DNA of 64,000 nucleotides from an uncultured Clostridia bacterium (GTDB taxonomy: Bacteria; Bacillota; Clostridia; Christensenellales; UBA1242): contig CANQOO010000003.1 of NCBI GenBank assembly GCA_947625515.1, positions 35,240 to 99,239 of the forward strand, read 5' to 3'. The first letter of the stretch is position 1; every line of letters starts with the position of its first letter. Shown here one piece after another: positions 1 to 9,596 of the stretch. The notes beneath the pieces are model-generated. The model made no database searches and was not told where the DNA came from. It saw only the letters and a program-made list of their open reading frames with translations. The position numbers and the translations under genes were made by a program.

Positions 1-402
1 AAAGAAAGCTTTAGATATTCCTTCTCAAAACGCCAAAAACAACTTGCAAACCTTGCCATCCGTGACAGTTATTTCAAACAAATTGAAGATATCAAAAATG
101 GCGGAGAGCAGCCAGAGCCACTTTTTAAAACTGAAAATAAGACAATTTATTTGGACTTCAAGCAGTTTGTCAATTATGTGGGCAAAAATGTTTCTTCCGC
201 CGTTTTGGATGAGGATTCGTCGAATGACGAGTCGCAAAAAAATGTGCAAGAATCGCAGAAAAAAAGTGACGGGCAGAAGAAAAAATTTTCTGAAAAAATC
301 CTTGCAAATATTGACCTAAAAAATAAAATTTTGATATATGGCTGCATCGCACTTGGCGTTATTGTCACATTCATGACCTATCTCTGGGGCGTTCTTAGAT
401 AA
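1..402 (+). CDS. Hypothetical protein with C-terminal transmembrane helix (5' end outside window)
   Basis: Frame is open from base 1 to TAA at 400-402 and ends in hydrophobic ILIYGCIALGVIVTFMTYLW. Confidence 0.7.
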   Translation, partial: KESFRYSFSKRQKQLANLAIRDSYFKQIEDIKNGGEQPEPLFKTENKTIYLDFKQFVNYVGKNVSSAVLDEDSSNDESQKNVQESQKKSDGQKKKFSEKILANIDLKNKILIYGCIALGVIVTFMTYLWGVLR

Positions 403-756
403 AAAATGTGTTAAAAATTATGAAAAAAATTATGCCAAAAATTATGTGGAACAAATTTGTTGAAAAAATTGAGAAAAATTTTAAAAAATAATGCTAAACA
501 AACGAAAAATAGCGACGCATAGTTTTGAAAAAATAATTGGAAAAAATTTAAAGTAAAATATAGAAATTTTTTTAAAAATTGCAAAAATAATTTTGAAAAA
601 AAATTAATAATAACAAAAAAAGCAAAATAAAAATGCTGAGAAATATTTGAAAATTTGTCAAAAATTTGCAGGAAATAAAATTTATTGCGGGGAAATAGGA
701 AAAAATAACAAGAATAGAGAAAAAATTCATAAGAAATTCAATTTTTGAGGGAACAA

Positions 757-1212
757 ATGAACATAAATTTGGTTTGCGTAGGAAATTTGAAAGAAAAATT
801 CACCAGAGATTGTGCTGCGGAATACATCAAGCGGCTGGGTGCTTTTTGCAAACTGAATGTTGTGGAAATTAAAGAGCAAAATGTTCTGGAAAATCCCGCA
901 CTTGTCCTGCAAAAAGAGGGTGAGGACATCATTAAAAATCTTAAAGGCTTTGTGATTTTGTGTGATATTTCCGGTGAGGAATATTCCAGTGAAATTTTTG
1001 CGGAAAAATTGGAGAAAATCTTTATGGAAAACTCTACAATAACCTTTGTTATTGGCGGCAGCTATGGCGTCAGTGAAAGCGTCCGCTCACACGCCAATGC
1101 CAGAGTCTCTTTTTCGCACATGACCTTCCCGCACAATCTTTTCCGTGTCATGCTTTTGGAGCAAATATATCGTGCCTTCACCATTCTTGCTGGAAAGGCA
1201 TATCACAAATGA
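757..1212 (+). CDS. rlmH: 23S rRNA pseudouridine-1915 N3-methyltransferase
   Basis: MNINLVCVGNLKE start; FVIGGSYG and SFSHMTFPH..FRVMLLEQIYRAF..YHK SPOUT motifs. Confidence 0.96.
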   Translation: MNINLVCVGNLKEKFTRDCAAEYIKRLGAFCKLNVVEIKEQNVLENPALVLQKEGEDIIKNLKGFVILCDISGEEYSSEIFAEKLEKIFMENSTITFVIGGSYGVSESVRSHANARVSFSHMTFPHNLFRVMLLEQIYRAFTILAGKAYHK

Positions 1213-1435
1213 TGTGCGGCGACACTTGGGAAAGATGAAAAATTTTCAAAAGCGAAAAAAATGTTCGGCATTTGATGGAACATTGTTGAAAAAAACATAT
1301 TTTGAAATAAAGCCTCTTAGTATAAAATGCCCCACAAAAATTTTTTGCAAAACTTGTTTTTAAGATATCTAAAAAAATTTTAAAAACTTGCTTAAAAAAA
1401 TAATTGAAAAATATAAATCTTCTTTGCAAAATTGC

Positions 1436-1464
1436 TTGCATTTTCTTTTATTTTGTGATATCAT
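1436..1464 (+). promoter_or_regulatory. Putative sigma-A promoter of rpsB-tsf
   Basis: TTGCAT (1436-1441), 17 nt, TATCAT (1459-1464) with extended-10 TG; followed by a ~170-nt leader containing CCACAC. Confidence 0.55.
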
Positions 1465-1644
1465 CTTCTCGTCATTGAAGACAAAAAGCACTTGAAAGCG
1501 TTTGACGTCTGTTGCCTGAACGCATGTGGATGATGGAAAATTTTTAAGTCGATGTGAATCTTTCCACACTGCAAAAGACGGTCAGTCTTGGGTTGAAGTC
1601 AACAAAACTTTCAAGGAAGGACAAAAAACGGAGGTATAAAAATT

Positions 1645-2586
1645 ATGTCAGTTATTTCAATGAAACAACTTTTGGAGGCAGGCGTTCACTTCGGCCATCA
1701 GGCAAGAAAGTGGAACCCAAAGATGAAGCAATACATTTTCACCGCTCGAAATGATATTCACATCGTCAACCTCGAAGTTACAAGTGAGCAAGTGGACAAG
1801 GCCTATTCATTTGTTCGAGACATTGTTGCAAGCGGAAAGAGCATTCTTTTTGTCGGCACAAAGAAACAGGCTCAAGAGGCAATCAAGGAAGAAGCCGAAA
1901 GATGCGGAATGTATTATGTCAACACACGTTGGCTGGGCGGCACACTCACAAACTTCAAAACAATCCGTGCAAGAATTGAACGCCTCAACAAACTTAACCA
2001 AATGGAAAAAGTGGGCGAGTTTGACCTTCTTCCAAAGAAGGAAGTTGCTCTTTTGAAGCAAGAGCGTGAAAAGTTGGAGAAAAACCTGGGCGGCATTAAA
2101 GAAATGCATGACCTTCCAGGCGTGCTGTTTGTGGTTGACCCTTCAAACGAAAAAATTTGCGTTCACGAAGCAAAAATTTTGCACATCCCTGTTGTCAGCC
2201 TTGTTGACACAAACTGCGACCCAAGCGACGTTGACGTTGTCATTCCAGGAAACGACGACGCCATCCGTTCTGTGAAACTTATCGCAAGTGCCATCGCTGA
2301 CGCTGTCATTGAGGCTCGCGAGGGCGTTTCTATGAAGAAGGACGACGAAGAGGGTGCAGGTGAAGAGGCCGTTGACCTTGAAAGTCTGCTCACTGCCGCA
2401 AAGCCAAGCGTGGAACTTGCTGAGGCAGGCGAAGAAAAAGAAACAAAACCTGCAAAGAAGCGTCCAGTGAAGAAAGAGGCTAAGCAAGAAGAGAACGCCG
2501 AAGCCGCTGAATCTGCTGAGGCTCCTAAAGCTGAAAAGCCAGCAAGAAAAGCTCCTGCAAAAAAAGCAGAGCCTAAGGCAGAATGA
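1645..2586 (+). CDS. rpsB: 30S ribosomal protein S2 with long Ala/Glu/Lys-rich C-terminal tail
   Basis: [44 protein letters not shown]; RBS GGAGG. Confidence 0.98.
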   Translation: MSVISMKQLLEAGVHFGHQARKWNPKMKQYIFTARNDIHIVNLEVTSEQVDKAYSFVRDIVASGKSILFVGTKKQAQEAIKEEAERCGMYYVNTRWLGGTLTNFKTIRARIERLNKLNQMEKVGEFDLLPKKEVALLKQEREKLEKNLGGIKEMHDLPGVLFVVDPSNEKICVHEAKILHIPVVSLVDTNCDPSDVDVVIPGNDDAIRSVKLIASAIADAVIEAREGVSMKKDDEEGAGEEAVDLESLLTAAKPSVELAEAGEEKETKPAKKRPVKKEAKQEENAEAAESAEAPKAEKPARKAPAKKAEPKAE

Positions 2587-2731
2587 TTGCTTGTCCGCAT
2601 CGTGGCGAACTTGCACATTGCAACAACATTTATTTTCAAATTTAAAAATTTAAAAATTTTCACAACGAAATTTTCACAATGAAGCATTTTTCAATTTAAG
2701 AATTAATTTTCAAATTTAAGGAGAAAAAGAT

Positions 2732-3388
2732 ATGAATTTCACAGCACAAGATGTCGCAAAATTGCGTGCACAAACTGGCGTTGGGATGATGGAATGCAAA
2801 AAAGCACTCACAGATGCCAACGGAGATTTTGAAAAAGCCATCGTTCTTTTGAGAGAACGCGGACTTAAAGCGGTTGACAAAAAACAAAGCCGCATTGCCA
2901 GCGAAGGATTGGTGCAGAGTTATATCCACATGGGCGGAAAGATTGGCGTTTTGGTGGAAGTGAACTGCGAAACTGACTTCGTGGCAAAGAGCGAAGATTT
3001 CCAAATGCTTGTTAAGGACATTGCAATGCATATCGCTGCCGCAAACCCAAAATATGTTTCGGAAGCCGAAGTTGACCCTGCTGAACTGGAAAGCGAAAAA
3101 GAAATTTTGCGTGTTCAGGCGTTGAATGAAGGAAAACCTGCCGCAATCGTGGACAAAATGATTGAAGGAAGAATCAAGAAATATTATGAAGATGTCTGCC
3201 TGCTTAATCAGCATTTTGTTAAGAATCCAGACCTCACCATCAAAGACCTTCTCACTGAGGCGACGCTTAAAATTGGCGAAAAGATTTCCATTCGCCGCTT
3301 TGTGAGATATGAACTTGGCGAAGGCCTTGAAAAACGCAGCGACAACTTGGCAGAAGAAGTTGCAAAACAAATGGCAGGCAATAATTAA
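2732..3388 (+). CDS. tsf: Elongation factor Ts (short form)
   Basis: [16 protein letters not shown] and [12 protein letters not shown]; follows rpsB. Confidence 0.97.
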   Translation: MNFTAQDVAKLRAQTGVGMMECKKALTDANGDFEKAIVLLRERGLKAVDKKQSRIASEGLVQSYIHMGGKIGVLVEVNCETDFVAKSEDFQMLVKDIAMHIAAANPKYVSEAEVDPAELESEKEILRVQALNEGKPAAIVDKMIEGRIKKYYEDVCLLNQHFVKNPDLTIKDLLTEATLKIGEKISIRRFVRYELGEGLEKRSDNLAEEVAKQMAGNN

Positions 3389-3418
3389 GCATAGATAACA
3401 GGGCAAACTTTAAAAATG

Positions 3419-3445
3419 TCACACCAAAACGGTGTGATTTTTTTT
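3419..3445 (+). terminator. Intrinsic terminator after tsf
   Basis: TCACACC-AAAAC-GGTGTGA hairpin followed by T8. Confidence 0.8.
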
Positions 3446-3575
3446 ATCGTTTTTTTTCTTGACGCTTTTGTTTGTTTTGATTTTCGTGTTGTTCGTTTTG
3501 ATTTTTTGTTTGTGGGTGATTTTGCTTGCAAAAGGCGGGTGCGGTGTGTTATATTTTAACATAAGGAGTTTTTTT

Positions 3576-4142
3576 ATGGACGAAATGATTGAAGAAATCT
3601 TCTCATCCCTGCATGAAGATTTGGAAAAAGCATATTTGCATCAGCAAAATGAATATCTTGTTATCAGGGCGGGAAGAGCAAATCCGCACATTTTGGACAA
3701 AGTTATGGTGGAATATTATGGCGTTCCAACCCCAATTGTGCAGATGGGAACTGTCACTGTGAGTGAGGCGAGAATCTTGAATATAAACATCTGGGATGCT
3801 TCTCAGATTAAAAATGTTGAAAAAGCAATCTCGCAGGCTGACATCGGCATCACTCCAACTGACGATGGCAAGACAATCAGGCTTGTTTTTCCGCAGTTGA
3901 CCGAAGAACGCAGACGCGAAATTGTCAAAAATGTCAAGAAACTTTGCGAAGAAACCAAGGTTGCAATGAGAAACGCTCGTCGTGACGCACTTGAAATGCT
4001 GAAAGACCTCAAAAAAGATAGTTCAATCTCTGAGGACGAGTATGCCACCTACGAGAAAAATGTGCAAAAGGAAATTGATAAATACACCGCAAATGCCGAC
4101 GCTCTTGCTGACGAGAAAGAAAAAGAAGTGATGACAGTTTAA
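3576..4142 (+). CDS. frr: Ribosome recycling factor
   Basis: IRAGRANP, EYYGVPTP, PQLTEERRREIVK; start at ATG after AAGGAG. Confidence 0.96.
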   Translation: MDEMIEEIFSSLHEDLEKAYLHQQNEYLVIRAGRANPHILDKVMVEYYGVPTPIVQMGTVTVSEARILNINIWDASQIKNVEKAISQADIGITPTDDGKTIRLVFPQLTEERRREIVKNVKKLCEETKVAMRNARRDALEMLKDLKKDSSISEDEYATYEKNVQKEIDKYTANADALADEKEKEVMTV

Positions 4143-4242
4143 ATAAAAAACTGCACTTTGTTTTCTTTTGCCGCTTGTGGGAAAAGACGTGATAAGGCTG
4201 CACTTGTTTAACAAAAGACCGACACGAATAAATTGGGTTAAT

Positions 4243-4944
4243 ATGTTTAAAAAGAAAACTGAATTGAAATTTCCGACTCATATTGCGTTCATCATGGACG
4301 GCAATCGCAGGTGGGCGACAGCACGCGGGCTGAACAAGATGTTGGGGCATAGGCAGGGGGCTGTTGCTCTGAAAAACATCATTGCAGATTTATGCGAGAT
4401 AAAAGAAATTAAATATGCATCATTTTTCGCGTTCTCGACCGAAAATTGGAAACGTGACCAGAAGGAAATTGACTATATCTTCGCTCTTATCCGCGAAATG
4501 GTGCAAGAAAATGAGGAAAAGTTCCTTAAACGAAACATCAAGTTTGTGCCGATGGGAGATATTTCACGCTTTCCGGAGGATATGCAGGCAGCAATCGTCC
4601 GCGTGCGAGAGCAGACCAAAAACAACACCGGCCTTGTGGTGAATTTGGCGATAAACTATGGCGGCAGATTGGACATTGTGCAGGCTGCAAACAAAGTGTT
4701 CAAAACTGGGCAGGTTCTGACGGAGGAAAATTTGCGTGAAAATTTGTTCGCGGGGGACATACCGGACATCGACCTTTTGGTGAGAACCAGCGGCGAAATG
4801 AGAATTTCCAATTTCATGCTGTTCCATCTGGCATACAGTGAACTTTATTTCACAAAAACCTATTGGCCGGATTTTGATAAGAAACAACTTTTCAAGGCGA
4901 TTGAAGAGTTTTCTGGACGAGAGAGAAGATTTGGAGGTAAATAA
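4243..4944 (+). CDS. uppS: Undecaprenyl diphosphate synthase
   Basis: HIAFIMDGNRRWA, FSTENWKR, RTSGEMRISNF, YWPDF. Confidence 0.96.
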   Translation: MFKKKTELKFPTHIAFIMDGNRRWATARGLNKMLGHRQGAVALKNIIADLCEIKEIKYASFFAFSTENWKRDQKEIDYIFALIREMVQENEEKFLKRNIKFVPMGDISRFPEDMQAAIVRVREQTKNNTGLVVNLAINYGGRLDIVQAANKVFKTGQVLTEENLRENLFAGDIPDIDLLVRTSGEMRISNFMLFHLAYSELYFTKTYWPDFDKKQLFKAIEEFSGRERRFGGK

Positions 4945-4952
4945 GAAAAATC

Positions 4953-5921
4953 ATGAAAAAACGAATTTATACTTCTGTGGCGATTGTGCTTTCGCTGGCA
5001 CTGTTGTTTGTGCTGAAAGTGTATGTGAGCGAATATTTCTTCGATGCATTCTTTGGCATTGTGGCATGCTTCGCCGCATATGAAATGTCGCGTATGCTGA
5101 CCAAGGCGGGCAGATTTAATTTTCACTATGTTGCGGTGCTTTTCCCGTGCTTGCTGCTGGCGGGCAATTTGATTGGCATCCACTTTTGTGCCACATCTGG
5201 CGACATATATTGGATTCTCTACACCATTTTGATTGACCTTGCCCTGATGCTTTTGGTCGCAGGCGGTCTCTTTTTGTGGGGGATTGTTTTTAGAAAGAAA
5301 ACCAAAAACGAAATTTCTGTCCGAAACCTGAGGGGGACAAGCGTGGAAAAATTTGCGTTCAGCAAGGCGTTATCCACACTTGTTTGCTTTGTTTATCCGG
5401 CATTTTTGTTCTTGTTTTTCAATTTAATCAACCACCTGCATCAACTTCCGCTTGAAAAACTTGAAGGAGTGGAAAATTTGCCTCTGGCGTCCACTTTTGT
5501 GCTGCTTGTTGCCATCCTTATCCCGATGATTACCGACACTTTTGCCATGCTGATGGGTTCCCTGATTGGCGGGAAGAAACTTTGCCCAAAAATCAGCCCC
5601 GGCAAAACCATCTCTGGGGCAGTAGGCGGCACCGTCTGGTGCTTGCTGGTGTGCATATGTGTATATTTGGTGTTTGGCTGCATGCCAGTTTTCCAATCCT
5701 TCCTTTCAGTTCTGCCAATTTGGGCGTTCTTGATTGTTGTGCTGCTTGGCTCCGTCATTTCGCAGGCAAGCGACATCCTTGAAAGCGTCATCAAAAGGCG
5801 GGCAAATGTGAAAGACAGCGGCAGAATATTGCCGGGGCATGGAGGGATGCTGGACAGAATTGACAGCTATATCTTCATTGCTCCGTTTGTGCTGCTTGCA
5901 TTTTGGATTTGTTTGCTTTGA
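4953..5921 (+). CDS. cdsA: Phosphatidate cytidylyltransferase
   Basis: Multi-TM; KISPGKT and ESVIKRRANVKDSGRILPGHGGMLDRIDS. Confidence 0.95.
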   Translation: MKKRIYTSVAIVLSLALLFVLKVYVSEYFFDAFFGIVACFAAYEMSRMLTKAGRFNFHYVAVLFPCLLLAGNLIGIHFCATSGDIYWILYTILIDLALMLLVAGGLFLWGIVFRKKTKNEISVRNLRGTSVEKFAFSKALSTLVCFVYPAFLFLFFNLINHLHQLPLEKLEGVENLPLASTFVLLVAILIPMITDTFAMLMGSLIGGKKLCPKISPGKTISGAVGGTVWCLLVCICVYLVFGCMPVFQSFLSVLPIWAFLIVVLLGSVISQASDILESVIKRRANVKDSGRILPGHGGMLDRIDSYIFIAPFVLLAFWICLL

Positions 5922-6033
5922 CGCCCATAAAAAAGACGGACATTGGCAGCATTCTGGCAAAATAATAAGGGTTGCCAACTGAAATTTTTCTGACAATTTG
6001 GCAAAAATGCCATGAGGAAGAAGGTGAAAAAAT

Positions 6034-7233
6034 ATGATTGTTCTTTACATCTTGCTCGCGGTTGTAATTCTGCTTTTTATGGTGCTTATTCACGAATTTG
6101 GGCATTATATTGTTGGCAAACTGCTCAAATTTCGCATTACAGAATTCTCCATTGGCTTCGGCTTCCCAATTTTCACTCACACAAGCAAAAAAACGGGTGA
6201 AAAATTTTCTCTTCGTATTTTTCCGCTGGGCGGATATTGCTCTTTCTATGGTGAGGACGAAGAAAAAGACGTGGCAGACGAACTTTCTTTCAACAATCAA
6301 AAACCTTGGAAGAGGATTTTGGTCTTTTTGGCAGGGGTGACGGCAAATTTCATCACCTCAATCATCTTTTCTTGGATTTTGCTCTGCTGTGCCGGATATG
6401 ACATTCCGCAGGTGAAGCAAGACACCACTTTCACCACTCAGGTTGGGGAGGTGGAATATGCCAACGACTTTGTACTTGGCGATGTCTTGACGCACATCAA
6501 CGGCGACAAAATTGACTTTGCTTTTGGCATCAACTTCAACCCAACACTCAGCGAGTTGGAAAGCGAAGCCCTGAAATTTTATGACGAAAAATATCAGGCA
6601 TATCTCGCTGCCAAAACTGAGGCAGGTGAAGAAGGCAGTTTGGAGGACTTTCTTGCAAACGCCGACTTTGAAATTAAAACTTTGCAGATGACTGCGGAAA
6701 ATGCCGGCAAAAGCGAGGACAAGACATATTACATTCTGCCAATCATTGAAGACTATCAGGAAGGCACAGGGGATGAGGCGGTCACCAAGCAAAGACTAAG
6801 CGTGAAGGTCGGGCTGGAATCGGGCGTGATTCAGGCATACAGATTCACCGCGTGGGACGGCTTTTGCCGCTCTTTTGAAATGGCTTTCGGCTTTGGCTGG
6901 GTGGTGCTTAAAGGATTGTGGCAACTTATCACTTTCCAAGTGCCAATCACTGAGATGGGAGGCACAATCACCACAATTTCGCTTATCGCAACATATGCTC
7001 AGCAAAATCTTTCTTATCTATTGTTCTTCATTCCGTTCATTGCTGCCAACCTTGCCGTGTTTAACATCTTGCCAATCCCTGCACTTGACGGTTCGCACAT
7101 CATTTTCACGCTGATTGAGTGGATTCGCGGCAAGCCAATCAACCGCAATGTGGAAAGCATGATTCATTTTGTTGGACTTTGCATTTTGTTTGGATTTGTG
7201 ATTATCATCGACATTTTGCATTTTGTGCTTTAG
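6034..7233 (+). CDS. rseP: Site-2 (M50) intramembrane metalloprotease RseP/RasP
   Basis: HEFGH, FSIGFG, PLGGY, NILPIPALDG; acidic insertion in the PDZ-equivalent region. Confidence 0.93.
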   Translation: MIVLYILLAVVILLFMVLIHEFGHYIVGKLLKFRITEFSIGFGFPIFTHTSKKTGEKFSLRIFPLGGYCSFYGEDEEKDVADELSFNNQKPWKRILVFLAGVTANFITSIIFSWILLCCAGYDIPQVKQDTTFTTQVGEVEYANDFVLGDVLTHINGDKIDFAFGINFNPTLSELESEALKFYDEKYQAYLAAKTEAGEEGSLEDFLANADFEIKTLQMTAENAGKSEDKTYYILPIIEDYQEGTGDEAVTKQRLSVKVGLESGVIQAYRFTAWDGFCRSFEMAFGFGWVVLKGLWQLITFQVPITEMGGTITTISLIATYAQQNLSYLLFFIPFIAANLAVFNILPIPALDGSHIIFTLIEWIRGKPINRNVESMIHFVGLCILFGFVIIIDILHFVL

Positions 7234-7257
7234 CGGCTTTAAATTGCATCATCTTGC

Positions 7258-7286
7258 TTGACAAAATCTCCTTTTTCGTTTAAAAT
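7258..7286 (+). promoter_or_regulatory. Sigma-A promoter, probably leaderless transcript
   Basis: TTGACA (7258-7263), 17 nt, TAAAAT (7281-7286); 6 nt between the -10 and the ATG, no RBS. Confidence 0.7.
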
Positions 7287-7292
7287 GAAAAC

Positions 7293-8897
7293 ATGAATTT
7301 TCAGCAAGAATTTCGCATGGCCTTTGATGGCAAATATGACAACCTCAGCCTGAAAAGTGTTGTGGCAAAAAAGAGGGATGGCACAGTGATTGTGACATTC
7401 CTTTATCCGTCCACTGAACCCGAACTTAGCGACGAGCAGAAAAATGAGGTGACGCACTGGCTTAGCGAAAAGCTTTCACTGGAAAAAATGACGCTTAAAG
7501 TGAAATTTATGCGTGTTTTTGTGGAAGAACGGTTGATTTTGAAGGCCATTAAAGAGTTTTTTGACGAAAAGTTTAAGCTTATCAGCACCTACACCACCGA
7601 GGACAGTTTTAAGGTTAAAATCACACCGATTGACGTTCAGGTGGAGGTGGAACTGAGCAGCAGGCTGAAAAAACTCTTTGAAGAGCATAACATTTCTGTC
7701 GAACTTGCCAAATTTTTGAAGGCTAATTTTTTGCGTGAATTTGTGGTCATTGGCGTGGAAAACCCAAATCTTATTGACGAAGTGGACATCGAAAATGCAC
7801 AGATGAAAGCGACATATAAGGTGACGCAAAGATATCAGGTGCAAGTTTTGGAGAACATTGCTGGCACGGGATTTAAAGAATTTTCCAGCAAGCAGGAAGT
7901 GTCGCAAGCGGCGGACGCTGCAAATGCGGGCGACGGAAATGATGAGATTTTGCTGGCGTTCCCTGAAAAAATCTCACATATCAAAGAGCCGAAAACAAAT
8001 GTGGTTGTGGCGGGCTTTCTTCGTGCAATCGAGCGGAAGGATTTTGTCATAAAGAAAGGCAAAAAAGTGGGACAGTCCAAGGCTTATTATCCGTTTGTGC
8101 TGCAAGATGAGCACGGCAGGATTGACGGGGTCTATTTCTGCCCAAAAGCGTACGAGCAGAAAATGGAAACGCTTGCCGAGAGCGACTATGTTGTCATGCA
8201 CGGCGATGTGCGTGTCAGCCAGGTGGGCAAACTGCAACTTGTCGCTGACAAAATTGCACGTGCAACAAAACTTGAAGAGGTGCAAAAGCAGGAAGAAGTG
8301 GAATATCAAGGTCCGGTTGTTGTGCCTGAAAAAATCACCGCACTTGAACAAAATTTCATGTTTGAACAGAAGAACAAATATAATCGCAAGATTATGGGAC
8401 GAACTATTGTTGTTTTCGACATTGAAACAACGGGGTTGGACCGCGAACGCGACCAAATCATTGAACTTGGGGCGGTGAAAATTGACGATGGGAACATTAT
8501 TGAGAGATTCTCGACCTTCGTCAAGCCAACAAAACACATTCCATATGAAGTGACAAAACTGACTGGCATTTCGGAAGATATGGTGGCGGACGCTCCGCCG
8601 ATTGGGCTTGTCATCCGCGATTTCTTTAACTTTTCCAAGGATTGCGTGCTTTGTGGGCATAACATCATTGAATTTGATATGCATTTCATCCGCCGCGAGG
8701 GTGCTGCGGAGGGGCTGGATTTTGACAATGAAATCATTGACACTTTGAACGAGGCCCGTGTTGCAAGGCTGAGAACGACCAGATTTAATCTTGGCACAGT
8801 CACCAAACTTTTGGGCATCTCTCTGGAAGGGGCTCACAGAGCTTGGAACGATGCTTATGCCACCGCACAAGTGCTTTTGAAATTGAATTTGGCATAA
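7293..8897 (+). CDS. PolC-derived protein: N-terminal domain + OB fold + DEDDh 3'-5' exonuclease, no PHP or polymerase core
   Basis: Occupies the polC position (rseP..rimP); OB-like NVVVAGFL..FVLQDEHGRIDGVYF..VVMHGDV; ExoI DIETTG, ExoII HNIIEFD, ExoIII HRAWND; stops right after Exo (534 aa). Confidence 0.8.
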   Translation: MNFQQEFRMAFDGKYDNLSLKSVVAKKRDGTVIVTFLYPSTEPELSDEQKNEVTHWLSEKLSLEKMTLKVKFMRVFVEERLILKAIKEFFDEKFKLISTYTTEDSFKVKITPIDVQVEVELSSRLKKLFEEHNISVELAKFLKANFLREFVVIGVENPNLIDEVDIENAQMKATYKVTQRYQVQVLENIAGTGFKEFSSKQEVSQAADAANAGDGNDEILLAFPEKISHIKEPKTNVVVAGFLRAIERKDFVIKKGKKVGQSKAYYPFVLQDEHGRIDGVYFCPKAYEQKMETLAESDYVVMHGDVRVSQVGKLQLVADKIARATKLEEVQKQEEVEYQGPVVVPEKITALEQNFMFEQKNKYNRKIMGRTIVVFDIETTGLDRERDQIIELGAVKIDDGNIIERFSTFVKPTKHIPYEVTKLTGISEDMVADAPPIGLVIRDFFNFSKDCVLCGHNIIEFDMHFIRREGAAEGLDFDNEIIDTLNEARVARLRTTRFNLGTVTKLLGISLEGAHRAWNDAYATAQVLLKLNLA

Positions 8898-8910
8898 AAA
8901 ATATGTGGTC

Positions 8911-8990
8911 TTTTCAAAAACGCTTGATAATTTTCAAAAACGCTTGATAATTTTAAAAAACGCTGGAAAATTTTCAAAAAATGTTGGACA
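8911..8990. repeat. 20-bp tandem repeat, ~4 decaying copies
   Basis: TTTTCAAAAACGCTTGATAA twice exactly, then two degenerate copies. Confidence 0.85.
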
Positions 8991-9016
8991 AATCTCAAAA
9001 AATTTTGCAAAAATAC

Positions 9017-9086
9017 TTGATTTTGACGGCGTTTTAGGATATAATATACTTAACTTGACAGGACGAGGGGGCAATTTGCCTCCTCG
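9017..9086 (+). promoter_or_regulatory. rimP-nusA operon promoter and leader hairpin
   Basis: TTGATT-17-TATAAT (9017-9045); hairpin CGAGGGGGC-AATTT-GCCTCCTCG (9064-9086) where rimP leaders occur. Confidence 0.6.
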
Positions 9087-9108
9087 CTTGCATTTAAAGG
9101 AGAAGCAA

Positions 9109-9567
9109 ATGTCTAAAATCAAAGAAATCTGCGAAGAAAAATTCGTGGGGATGATTGCTGAAATGGGCTATGAATTGCTGGACGTGGAATATGTAAAAGA
9201 AAATGGCGGCATGAGTCTGATTTTCACAATCGACTGCGACGATGGCGTCGGAATTGACGACTGCGAAACTGTCAGCAAGAAAATTGACCCAATTTTGGAA
9301 GAACTTAATCCAACGCAGGACAAGCCATACACGCTGGTGGTCAGCTCGCCGGGGTTGGACCGACCACTGAAAACCGACCGTGACCTTAAACGTGCGATTG
9401 GCAAAAAAGTGGAGTTGACACTTTTCGCAAAGCAGGACGGCAAAAAAGAATTTGTCGGCACGCTGGAAAGTTTCACCGAAAAACAGGTGAGCGTTGTTTG
9501 CGAAGAGAAAGAATTGTCATTCGACAGAGATAAAGTGGCAAACATCAAACTTGTGATTGAATTTTAA
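9109..9567 (+). CDS. rimP: Ribosome maturation factor RimP
   Basis: GYELLDVEY, GIDDCETVS, YTLVVSSPGLDRPL; RBS AAGGAG. Confidence 0.95.
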   Translation: MSKIKEICEEKFVGMIAEMGYELLDVEYVKENGGMSLIFTIDCDDGVGIDDCETVSKKIDPILEELNPTQDKPYTLVVSSPGLDRPLKTDRDLKRAIGKKVELTLFAKQDGKKEFVGTLESFTEKQVSVVCEEKELSFDRDKVANIKLVIEF

Positions 9568-9596
9568 TATCATTTAAACAATAAAGGAGAATGAAA

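Noticed and set aside
8905-9108. N-terminal extensions in the ORF track for rimP, frr, uppS, rimM, rplS and ylxM
   Set aside because: They run through promoters, repeats or upstream genes; RBS position and homology support the shorter starts.
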